Below are positions 39,673-52,267 of a stretch of 64,000 nt of DNA, piece after piece (position 1 is the first letter of the stretch; the number at the start of each line of letters is the position of its first letter). Source of the stretch: Octopus vulgaris (taxonomy: Eukaryota); assembly GCA_951406725.2 (NCBI GenBank), contig OX597817.1:173166001-173230000 (forward strand), in the 5' to 3' direction. Under the pieces are notes generated by a model. That model saw only the letters and a program-made list of their open reading frames with translations, searched no databases and had not been told where the DNA came from. A program made the position numbers and the translations under genes.

Positions 39673-42600
39673 AACAACAAACAAGATGAGGATAAATATC
39701 TGTGAAATGTAAATAATGTAAATAATATATATATATACAAAACAAAACACCTTGGGTGGTGAGTAAGAAGGTTAGTATCGTTCCGCCATCAGATTGCCTC
39801 TCTGGGCCACCATGCCAGGTGCTAAGTAGTGCACAAGAGTACACCAAGCATGTCTGACAATGGGGCTACCCCACGGTGACAGCTCACTTGCTTTTTGATA
39901 CCCAACCATTGTCTAATGTTACAAATCTTCCCCAATAACATTAAAGTACACATGTATGTTTGTGTTTATATAAGTACTGAAAAGTTCTTGGCTTTCGGTA
40001 AAAGAATATACAAGAGGATCAGTTAATTATGATTTTATTCAACATATTCCCCTCTCAGATTCATACACTTATAGCAGCAGTTCTTCGGTTTTTCTAAGCC
40101 CTGTAAAAAAGAACTCAGAAGGTTGGGCCTCCAATCAAGCCTTTTGTGATCCCCTTAAAGCCAGCAACTTTTCAGCACTGACTCATATATGCATATATAC
40201 ATACATACACATATACAACTGGCAATTATATCTTTGTTTATTTCCTATTCTATGTAATGAACATGGTCAACTTTTTGACCATCATTCCCAACTCCACTAC
40301 CTTTTATCTACTTCTATGTTCTCATTACAACAAACAAGTCTTGCTCAGTTTCTTATAACAATATTGAAAGACACCTATGAGCTCATATTATTTATTACTT
40401 TAATCTACAATTATCTGATCATCTTAATACTGTGGAGCACTAAGCATACTTCATGAAGTACTCCATTAGCTTGTAATTAATGAGAATAATACCCTCACTG
40501 ATGAGAATGACAGCAGGTATCTTTGGTCTTTTCCCTAGTTGTTCTTTCATCTTCAATACAACATTCATTAGCTAACATCCTATTACACTTTGCTCCCTTG
40601 ATGCCCTCTCTTTCCTTAGGTCCCCTCCTAACCATATCATGAAAGGCACTGTTGCCTTTTCCCTATTTTAATTGACTTCCATTAGTTCAGCTATCAATTA
40701 TCAATTAATTTCCTCTCCTCATCATCTAGCTCTGTCCATTTGCCTTATCTCTCGCTAACACATTCTCTTATCACTTCTCCATTCCTCCTATTCGTCTCTT
40801 TCTTTATTTTGTTTTTGTTTTGTTTCCTCTTTAGTTATATCATTGCTTTCCTTTCTTTCGTGTTCAGTCTCAAACATACTCTTTCTTTCTCTCTTGTTCC
40901 CTCTGTTCACTCAAATATGGTAGCAATTTTTCATGCTCATTTCAATACTGCTTTTTTTTAGCTATTCATTAATTGCTCAATCAGTAATTAATCAACAATA
41001 ATCACTATAATTTCATGGAATCGGAGGATGCCTGCAACAGCAAGATTCAGTTTCAAAGAGAAGCAGAAAGACATATATGTTCAGAAAAGAAGGAATATGT
41101 AATGTCTTGTGTAGAGCTCTTCATTACATTCAGTGATTCGATTCCTTACTTTCTCTTATCAGGAAAAAAAATATAATTCCAAATATGTCTCTTCAATGTC
41201 CACTTTAAGATGTCCTAAAAGATCAAACAGAATTCATTGAGGTAGATTTTCTATGGTCAAATGCCCTTTCTGTTGTGGTCACTGATCCTATTATGAACTC
41301 TCATGCAAACATGTCTCCATAGCAAGACAAGTCTGTGTGGAAGTCTGAAAATGAGGGCGACTTCTTGTATGATGGTAACATTCATTGAGTGCTATTACAT
41401 GTATGTATGTGTATATATATTGTATGTATGCATATATACACACATATATATTCACCGGCATTCACTTTTATGGGTGTGTAAGTATGCACAAAGTTTCCTT
41501 ATTTGTTTATTTATTTATGTATTTATTGAAACAGCATGACAGCCAAATTATTTGAGGAAAGGTGAATCATCCGTGTAACATTGTAATTGCTTTTATAGTT
41601 TGTTCTGTGTTTATCAAAGGAAATGCTATTATCACCAGTACATAAATTCACAACACCTTGGTGATCCTGTCATGAACTCTTGGGTAAACATGTCCCCATG
41701 GCAGGACATGTTTGCATGGAAGACTGGAAATGAGGGTGGCTTCTTGTATGATGGTGACATTCATTGACAACTATTGCATGATATCGACCCCAGTGCATAA
41801 CTGGTACATATTTAATTGACCCTGAAAGGATGAAAGGCAAAGTCGACTTTGGCGGAATTTGAACTCAGAACATAGCATCAGACAAAATAGCACTAAGCAT
41901 TTCACCCGGTGCGCTAACATTTCTGCCAGCTCACCACTTTTGTATCTGTTAAATATTAAGGATATATATATACTTATGGTTTGAGTTCTATTTTTCCTTT
42001 TTGCATCACCAGACCTACATATGTGTGTACGTGTGTGTGTGTGTGTGTGTGTATGTGTGTGTAACTGATGAGCTTCTTTTAGTTTCCAAGTACCAAAATC
42101 ACTCACAAGGCTTTGTTCAGCCTGGAACTATTGTAGAAGACACTTGCCCAAACATATGCCATACAGTGAGACTGAACCCAAAACCAAACACTTGGGAAGC
42201 AAACTATTGGCCTCACATCCGTGCTTGCTTCTATGCAACATCTGCACCTCCATATATATACATTATACTCACACACATATCATATACATATATGTATATA
42301 CACATTTGTTTAAACACATATATACAAACATGTAGATAATTTGATCCCCAGAAATGCAGCAGCAACTCTCTGTCAAAACTTCATCAAATAAACACCGTTT
42401 AACATTTAAGGTCAAACTCAGCTGGCAGTGCTGCATCGATTATTGTATATAATTTAAATAATATAGATTATTTAAGTAAAATATCTTATCTATATTAAAA
42501 GGAGACATAAATGTTACAAATATTGACCCCATTGACTCCAAAATCATTTTTCAATAGGAAAATTGGATAATCAATGATTCAAGAACAAAATGTACAAGTT

Positions 42601-42880
42601 AACATGAAACAAGCCAATAATTTTCTGTTTTAAATAATAATATATATATATAAATAAATACAACAGAGTGAGTCTTAATGCCAAAATTATACATTACGTA
42701 GTTATTGATAACTTCAGATTCAGAATCAATATTTTCTGCTTGAACAAAAGATTAAGGGGGGAGGGATTTATATGGAAAATATGATTTTTGCAAGCAATTT
42801 CCATGAATTTGGGTGTTTTTCAAGCTTTAATATCAGGAAAGTCAATAAATTATGGTTCCTTTTTCAACAAGATAATTTTG

Positions 42881-42937
<57 letters not shown>

Positions 42938-43062
42938 TCTCTAGCAGCAAAATGATAAACATTTAACTCTGCGCTTTACATTAGGTTCATTGTTAGATAG
43001 TGGTCCCAATTGCTGTTCATGTACCCTACATATCCTACATATCATTAAACATCCAAACATTA

Positions 43063-43111
<49 letters not shown>

Positions 43112-44006
43112 ACACACACACATATGTATATGTTGGGCTTCTTTCAGTTTCTCTCCACCAATCCACTCACAAAGTTTGGTTGGCTGAAGGCAACAACAGA
43201 AGATACGTGCTCAAAGTGCCATGCAGTGGGACTGAACCCAGGTCCATATTATTGAGAAATAATCTTCTTACCACACACCCATGCCTGTGCCTATATATAT
43301 ACACGTCAAGAGCACCAGCCCTCTTCCACATGCACATACAAACTCTCTTATACACACACATGCACACCTTCATTTTGGGATCACCACTACTTTATTATCT
43401 TCCCTTCTCCCTAGCTCTCCTGTGTGACCCTTCTGTCTGGCATTTGCTATGATAGATCGCTAGCCACTACACATTTTCTTTTGTTTCCTCTCCTTGCTTC
43501 TCTCTGTGTTCCTTTCTGTGGAAGAGCATAGGCTTGAAATGTTAAAGACTTTTTCACTTCCCGAGCGTTATACTAATACATCTGTTTGTTATCTACACCA
43601 CCTGTCTTCATCTTTTTTTTTTGTGAATTCTCCCTATATATATATATAAAACAAAGTTATTTTATTCCACAGGGGTAGAAATATAGGAAATAGAAGTTGA
43701 AAATGCACTGAGATGTGGCTTATGTCACAGCTGCAACATAAGCCACATCTTTCTATTTCAACTTTTTGAAAATCAGTGTAAACTGTGAAACCGGTTAAAT
43801 CTTTCAATATAATGATAAAAAAATATTTTAACTATTCTCAGTGCAAATTCAACTTTTATTTTTCCTATATGTATATTCTTTTTTTGGAACAGTGAAGCTT
43901 GAAGCAGATAAAGATGTAAATAAATAGCATGTAAATATTAGGTTTCAAACACCCTTTGGATAGAAAAAGGTGAAGACTGCCCATGAACATTTTGTGTGTG
44001 TGTGTG

Positions 44007-44048
<42 letters not shown>

Positions 44049-44067
44049 TATGAGTGCGTGTGCGTGT

Positions 44068-44925
44068 TTGGTGTAATACCCAATGACTGGTACAACAGCA
44101 TAATTGTTAGCTGCTACAAGGGTAAGGGTGATGTTTTAGATAGAAGCAATTATAGAGGCATCAAACTCCTAGACCAGGTGATGAAAATTACAATGACGGT
44201 TATAGCCCAATTAATTAAGAGCAGAATTAGGGTAGATGAAATGCAGCTCTGCTTTGTCCAGGGGAGAAGCACTACTGACGCTATTTTCATAGTCAGGCAA
44301 CGGCAAGGGAAGTACTTAGCTACGAAGAAACCATTATACTTGGCATTCCTTGATCTAGATAAAACTTTCGATAGAGTACCCTGTTGTGTGATATGGTGGG
44401 CTTCGAGGAGGCTAGAGATAGACAAGTGGCTGGTGAAAGCTGTACAGGCCATGTACAGAGACACTGTCAATAAGGTGAGAGTTAACCATGAGTACAGCGA
44501 AGAATTTGCAAGAAAGAAGACTGCACTGGTTTGGTCATATGATGCAGATGGATGCTGACAGCTCCATAAAGAAGTGCCAAGCTCTCAAAGTAGATGGAAC
44601 ATGTGTAAGCAGAGGACCCAGGAAGATATGGGACGGAGTACTGAAGAATGACCTTTGGATGCCGAACTGTTCAGGCGAGCTGACAAGGGGCCAGGATGCC
44701 TGGTACCTTGCTGTACTCAAGAAGACCCGAGCACTACAGCAGAAGTGTTAAATCTAGTTCTCCCTGGTAGAGAGGATTGACTAGCAAGAGTCCTGTGTCA
44801 GTGCCATGTGAAATGCACTTATGACAGTGCTACATAAAAGCACTCATGAGGTGCCACTTAAAAGTGCCTGTGAGGTGTCATGTTAAAATATCTATACGGT
44901 GCCATGTGAAAGCACTCATGCAGAG
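44068..44925 (+). pseudogene. Internally deleted RTE LINE remnant with ~24-bp repeats in its 3' UTR
   Basis: GVIPNDW..NYRGIKLL..DLDKTFDRVP..YSEEF fused to QERRLHWFGH; the QG and YADD motifs are missing. Confidence 0.85.
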
Positions 44926-45294
44926 CATGTATCTATATGCAGTTAAGTCTATGTCAGGTCATAGAGTGACCAATGGTTTCACATCCATAAAGGACCTAGC
45001 TCCATGGATAAGCTGTCCTTGGGGCTAAACCTTTTATGGATGTGAAACCGTTGGTCACACTGTGATCAGGCATAGACCGACAAGCTGTCCATGGGGCTAT
45101 GTACTTTTATGGACACAAAACCATAGGTCACTCTATGACCAGACATAGATATAACTTCATATGAATATATATACATTATATAAAAGGGCTTAGTAAAATA
45201 AATTACTTTGCCACATACTGAACTCATTAGAAATAGTAGCTAAAAAAACTTTTCAAATTGTTGAAATTATGAATATATATATATATGAACACAC

Positions 45295-45395
45295 ACTACA
45301 TACATACATTCATTCATACATATATACATACATACATACACACATACATGCATGCATACATACATACATACATGCATACATACATACATACACAC

Positions 45396-45429
<34 letters not shown>

Positions 45430-45930
45430 GCATGCATGCATACATACATACATACATACACACACACACGCACGCATGCATACATACATACATACATACG
45501 TACATACATACATACATACATACATACATACATACATACATACATACATACATACACACACACACGCACGCATGCATACATACATACATACATACATACG
45601 TACATACATACACACATACATACATACACACACACATACATACATACATACACACACACGCATGCATACATACATACATACATACATACATACATACATA
45701 CATACATACATACATACATACATACACACACACATACATACACACACACATACATACATACATACATACATACATACATACATACATACATACATACATA
45801 CATACATACATACATACATACATACATACATACATACATACATACATACATACATACATACATACATACATACATACATACATACATACATACATACATA
45901 CATACATACATACATACATACATACATACA

Positions 45931-45962
<32 letters not shown>
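45295..45962. repeat. (CATA)n/(CA)n microsatellite
   Basis: Directly visible. Confidence 0.95.
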
Positions 45963-48900
45963 GGCATGCATGTATGTATGATGTATACATTTATAAATAT
46001 GTATAAATATGTGCATAAAATTAATTTGAATTTGAATCTTTACAAATTGTGATTGTATGTTTTGTTTTACCAGTTTTTAAGCAATAAAAGTGTTTAAACA
46101 ACATTCTCGTATTTATACCTGTGATTAAGGAAAACCATTGAATACACATAAACCAAAAGATAAAATTTTGGTTTGCTTCTAACAGTATTTCACAATGCTC
46201 ATCCAAGAGGTGTTTTCAAATAAGTCACTGAAAATTTCTAATTTAAGGTGACATAAACATTAAATGCACATAAATATATTAAAATCTTTAATTTGTTTGA
46301 TATATGTATCAGCAATGCTATTATTGTCTGGTATTCAATTATAAGACTTTTAAAATATTTCAACTGATATTTTAAATTTTAGTAAGAATAATATATTAGC
46401 TATGAACAGGTGTTTAAAACAGAATTCATTTGAAGCAATGTATTCGCTTACTCTAAAGCACAAAGATCACAGCCATTGTTATATAAAATTTGATATGTTC
46501 TAATATCTTCCAAATTATTTTATAGTTCCTTTTTATTATTTCTTAAATACCAGATTAATTTCATAAATCTGGGCCCAAAGATCTGAAAGTATGCTGATGA
46601 TGATTGAATCTTAGCTTAAAAGGATTCTCTGTCAACCTGATATAATCCTTAATAACTGAATTGTTCACTGTAAATACTTTTACACTATAAATTACCAATT
46701 TCAAAAGAAATAAATTATTTAATGGGCAATTTTTTAGAGTAAAATAGTTGCAGAAACAAGGGAAATTGGATGTAGGTAGCTATTTAAATTTTTTATTGTT
46801 AATATTTACAATTTTTGTATCAAAACTGTGTACAGGTGAAACTTAATTTAGCATTATTTCTATTAAAAATTTCATATGATCTATTTTAAATACTTGATGA
46901 ATGTATTAAAGGAATCTTTACCCACATTTGTACTCACATTTAGACTAAATGGAATATTATACCAAATAACTTTGCTTTCTTGTTTTCCATTATCCTCATT
47001 TTAACATCCACTTTTCTATGCTCGCATGGGTTAGGTGGAATTTGTTGAGGTGGATATTTTTCAGCTAGAAGTCCTTCCTGTTGCCAAACATCACTTGTTT
47101 TCAAGTGTGGTAACATTTCCTCTTGACCAGACATGTTTTTACAGAAGACTGGAAATGAAGAACACCACTTACATGACAGTGACACTTCTTTGCAACTATC
47201 ACATGATGTTAAGGCAAGGAGACAGTAACACAACCATACATATTTATAACTAATTATGCAACAAACTTCTTTTCCATGTTATTTCTTCTTTAAGCATTAA
47301 AAGCTGAGTCAATGGAGAGGAGTTAAAACTAGATGAAATCTCCAGGTGGTTTAAATGTACAAGTCTCCTAAGTTGCAAGAAAGAATCAGCAGAAGGACAC
47401 CCAAGAGTTATGACCTGGATATGGCCCAGCCCCATAAGAGCGTAAAACATTAAGAGCCAAAACCCTTGCCCGAGGCAGTGGTGTTTCTTCTTTGAAAACC
47501 TTTTTATTTTCAGATCTCTTGAGAGTTTCTTATCACTTTTTATATAATAAATTTTATTCTGAAAAACCACTGAACTTCAGCATTTATGATATGCATAGTT
47601 GAAGGGAAATATTTAACAGTATAAGAATTTGACAGCCCCATGCCATAAACAAATCTAAACAAATCTAAAACTTTCTTTCGCTAAGTTGCATCTCACAGGC
47701 AATGTTTTTGTCATCATAAATCAAAATATTTCATTCATGTTTTTAAAAATGCTAACAGATACATGTCAAGGTATCTTCTAATATAGACACAAGTTCCATC
47801 AAGATGGAAAAGTTTTCTACTGCAAAGTGCATATTCAATGGGTTTTTCTTAATTCATAAACATACAAACATAGATATGCACACACATGCAAACACATGTA
47901 CACACACAACAGTTAGTTGTGCAACAGTTAGAAAAAAAGCACATTCAGTACAAACACAAAAAAACAACAATGCGAGGACGTGGAACATGTAAAGCCACAT
48001 GAAATATCACTGGGTTAACTTTTTCTCTAGATTGTTTGAAAATATATATATATACACACACATACACACACACACGCATATATAGTCTGATGAGTATATG
48101 CATATATGTATGGATATATATATATATATATATATATGCATATGGAAGCACTCCGTCGGTTACGACGACGAGGGTTCCGGTTGATCCGATCAACGGAACA
48201 GCCTGCTCGTGAAATTAACGTGTAAGTGGCTGAGCACTCCACAGACACGTGTACCCTTAACGTAGTTCTCGGGGATATTCAGCGTGACACGAGAGTGACA
48301 AGGCCGGCCCTTTGAAATACAGGTACAACAGAAACAGGAAGTAAGAGTGAGAGAAAGTTGTGGTGAAAGAGTACAGCAGGGATCACCACCACACCCTGCC
48401 AGAGCCTCATGGAGCTTTTAGGTGTTTTCGTTCAATAAACACTCACAACGCCCGGTCTGGGAATCGAAACCACAATCCTACGACCGCGAGTCCGCTGCCC
48501 TAACCACTGGGCCGTTGCGCCATATGCATATATGGGTACAGGAAGTCACCAATGGCGCAAATAATATGAAATATGTAAACAACAATAAAAAATGGAAAAC
48601 AGGACAAGTAAACAGAGAGAAAGGACCCTTCATCAGTTGTCGGCTGTCTATCTCCTCCTCACTTTGAGCATTCAGAGATAATATAAGTTTTTAAAGATAG
48701 TTGCTTGTAAATTCTAAAATAGAATTTAGGATTTATGGAGGGTCAAAGTTAGGAACAAAAACATGACAGCGGAGACGTACAAGGAAACCGAACGAAAGCA
48801 AACATGGAAGGTTGTTAAACCAAAACGAGAGGAAAATAGTGAACACTGGGAGAAACATTTTATATATATATATACACATATGTATGTGTATATGTATTTG

Positions 48901-49027
48901 TATATGTGTCTGTGTGTGTATATATATGTATGCGTGTGTGTGTATGCATATATATATCTATATAGACAGATAGATATGGCTACATAGAAATATATATGAA
49001 TATGTGTGTATGAATGTGAGGATATGT

Positions 49028-49067
<40 letters not shown>

Positions 49068-49094
49068 GCTTGAGTGTTTGTGTAAATTTTAGCC

Positions 49095-49408
49095 CTAGCC
49101 CTTTATTTTGTACCAGGTACCAATTTCTTTCCGTGAATGTCTCACCATTTCTTCCCAATGATATTTAGATTTTTTATCAAATTTTGCTCCAACATAGATA
49201 CGGCCAATTAAATAACCAGATTTCTCATCTCTCTTGTTATGGTGCAGCACGGAGATGATGAAATAAATGTTTTCAAGCTGATTGTTTGGTACATCAAAAA
49301 TGTAGGTCTCGTTAAAAATCGGGTTGCCATTTGTTGCATTTCTTAAGGAAGTTTTCGTTTTCTTCATTGCTCTCCCATCACTCATCAAAGCAACACGGAC
49401 ATAGGCAT
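49095..49408 (-). CDS. Terminal exon of a synaptotagmin-like gene (C-terminal part of the C2B domain)
   Basis: Acceptor CTCTCCTTTCAG|AT; DAYVRVALM..KKTKT..NPIFNETYIFDVP..LIGRIYVG..HWEEMV..EIGTWY..stop; upstream exons not identified in this window. Confidence 0.88.
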
Positions 49409-50071
49409 CTGAAAGGAGAGTGATACAAAATGCTTGATTAGACAATGAGCATAAAATGTCAACAACACAGGAGAGACAAGTTTGAACAAATATCGAATTA
49501 TTTTAACACTTAAAGGTTGTACATATATACGAGAGGGTACTGGAAAGTTTGTGGCTTTAAGGGTGTTGTGAAAGGCCTGGTTGGAGGCCCAACCTTCCGA
49601 GTTCTTTTACAGGGCTTAGAAAAACTGAAGGACCACTGCAATAAGTGTGTGAATCTAAGAAGGGAATAAGTTAGATAAAACCATTATTAACTGATCCTCC
49701 TGTATTTTCTTTTACCCAAAGCCGGGACCTTTTCTGCCCCGTCTCCTAGATAAAAATTATACAAACATATGTACATACATAAATAAATGTGTGTGTGTTT
49801 GTGTGTGTGTGTGTGTAACATATGGTATAATTATAAACTGGGTGAATTTTAGCCATTTCTCTGCAGACTGAAAAAATGATGAACAACCTTAATCGATTTT
49901 TGAATTTATTTGGGTTCTCATCAGAGGCGTCTAGATCATTCTGACAGCCTCCAGAGAAACAAGCAGCCAAACTGTTTATATACTCAACAAATGCAGCAGT
50001 TACTCTATGAAGGAATCCCTAGAATTTGCATTGCAAGATTCCTGATGTGAAACCATGTGCTGAAACAGGTG

Positions 50072-50526
50072 TTGTTGTATTTTGGGATGGTCATTTTTTT
50101 TCTTTTTGCCAAATAAACACATTCACTATATATTCGTTTTTCACTTGTTTATTATGGTTCTTATTTTAACTCATGTCCAATGTCCGGAAACCTTTCGTCA
50201 TACATCTGTGACCTCTTCAGTGATACTTTCTGTCCTCCTGTATGCTCCTGTGTGCTCCTCATGTGTTTCTACAAATGCACACAGGAATACAGATGCAAAC
50301 GCATGTGCATATAAGGATACACATCATAGAACACAATGGACTAAGTGGAGCAGGAGCACACACACGGACAGAATGTGTTGCTGAAGAGGACACCGATGTG
50401 TGACAAAAGATTTCTGGACATCGGACATGAGTTAAAATAAAAACAGTAATAAATGAGTGAAGAACAAATATATAATGTGTGTGCTTACTTGGAAAAAAAC
50501 CCAAAAACAATTGACCATAATGAAAT

Positions 50527-50533
<7 letters not shown>
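50072..50533. repeat. Diverged inverted repeat with degenerate hammerhead cores (CTGAAGA) in both arms
   Basis: 50072-50220 resembles the reverse complement of 50381-50533. Confidence 0.6.
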
Positions 50534-50594
<61 letters not shown>

Positions 50595-50829
50595 AAAAAT
50601 ATGTAAAATACAAGTAAAAAATATGTATATATATATATATATACATATTTTTTACTTGTTTCAGTCATTTGACTGCAGCCATGCTGGAGCACCACCTTTA
50701 ATCAAACAAATCGACTTTTTTAAGCCTAGTACTTATTTCATTGTCTCTTTTACAGACCTGCTAAGTTACGCGGACATAAATGCACCAACACCAGTTGTCA
50801 AGCAGTGATGGGGGTTGACAAATATAGAT

Positions 50830-50864
<35 letters not shown>

Positions 50865-51097
50865 GAATATTAAGGGGGTCAGAATGTTGGATGATTATAT
50901 ACATCTTTTTATTTATTTACATTTTTAGCGCTTTCTGATAATGGAAGAAAGTGCTGAAAATGCAAATAAATAAAAAAATATATATAATCATCCAACATTC
51001 TAACTACCTTATTATTCTAAATATACAATATCTGTACATCACTTCAAAAATCTCTCTCTCTCTCTCTCGATATATATATACATATATATATATATAT

Positions 51098-51481
51098 AAA
51101 TACAAGAGGCTTCCAAATAGGAAAGCCTTGTGCTAGAAAGAGCAGTAGAAAACTCAAACCACCAATTAAGGATAAATTCTCAAAAGGAATGAAAATTAAA
51201 AACGTTTACCATCTCAATTATTTCCCAGACCATGGTTTCTAACTATTTCCAGCAAAAAAATATTTGCTGAAGGCCAGTCTTCATCAGTGGGAAGCCTTTG
51301 GATTTCAAATATACATACAGCCAGATCCATATGTAAAACTAACTGCCTGGATATCCTAACTTTTCAGACCACTGTGCAGACGCAGATTATACCTTTCGAG
51401 AATTTATCCTTAATTGGTGGTTTGATTTTTCTACTGCTCTTTCTAGCACAAGGCTTTCCTATTAGGAAGCCTCTTGTATTT
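51098..51481 (-). mobile_element. Non-autonomous PLE-like element: hammerhead plus tail, with an inverted ~90-bp copy of the tail
   Basis: 51098-51187 is the reverse complement of 51392-51481; hammerhead between the arms. Confidence 0.75.
51222..51293 (-). ncRNA. Type I hammerhead ribozyme motif
   Basis: TTCCCA-CTGATGA-stem II-GAAA-CCATGG-TC-TGGGAA; perfect 6-bp stem I, GUC triplet, palindromic stem III. Confidence 0.78.
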
Positions 51482-51873
51482 CTATGTGAATAATATATAG
51501 TCTAATGACTAATTCATTTTTGTAATAGGCCACTGGTAATAATAATTTCTTATTACCCTATTGTTATTTATATATATATATATATATGAATATATGTATG
51601 TATATATGAATAATATGAATGAACAGTCACATTTCAGTACAACATATGTTTTGAAAAATAAAAGTCCAGCAAATTATATGTGCAATCATGTAATTATGTT
51701 ATAATGTAGGGGTAATCAGTCTTTTTGTCAGGTACATGACTGTTTATAATTATAATCAATTTTACATTGAAGGATATGTGATAAAAAAACGTGTGAGTCA
51801 ATTAGAAGGCAAGGAGGAGTGATCAAGAAGTTTTTCAAGCAACCAATCAATCACGTTTACACATGTGTATGTA

Positions 51874-51919
<46 letters not shown>

Positions 51920-51949
51920 TGTGTGTCTGTGTGTGTATATGTATATAAA

Positions 51950-52267
51950 TATCACTCTTTTACGTGCACCTCGTCTGGCCTTATTTACTGCATTAAATGC
52001 AACCTATGCGGGATGCTGTATGTAGGTCAGACGGGACGCCGGTTGTCCGACCGTTTCACTGAACACTTGAGGGACGTTCGCCTACACTCTTTTTCTCCCG
52101 TCGCACGCCACTTCCGCTCGGCCGGCCATTCCCGAGATGACATCTCAGTGTTTGGTCTCGCCCCCCACAATGGTCGCCCACTTTCCAGGCTCCACTTGGA
52201 GCAACGCTACATCTTCACCCTACAAACTACCACCCCACACGGACTTAACACAGCCCCCTCCTCTTGA
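51950..52267 (+). pseudogene. PLE GIY-YIG endonuclease domain (truncated ORF)
   Basis: FTCTSSGLIYCIKCNLCGMLYVGQTGRRLSDRFTEH..VARHF..H..EQRYIFTLQT..PHGLN: LIY-YVG motif with CCHH residues. Confidence 0.9.

Larger units (their letters stand above)
39199..39720. mobile_element. Head-to-head inverted pair of a SINE-like element: tRNA-like head, (AAT)n, hammerhead, tail
   Basis: A box TAGTGGTTAAG and B box GTTCAATTCC at 39480-39529; hammerheads at 39274-39318 (-) and 39627-39672 (+); flanked by (TA)n. Confidence 0.75.

Noticed and set aside
45267-46052. YIHT/MYVC repeat ORFs here and at 1168-1998, 21229-21635 and 38100-38801
   Set aside because: Microsatellite translations.
49409-49445. N-terminal extension of the ORF-track C2 ORF
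   Set aside because: Lies upstream of a canonical acceptor at 49409-49410, so it is intronic.
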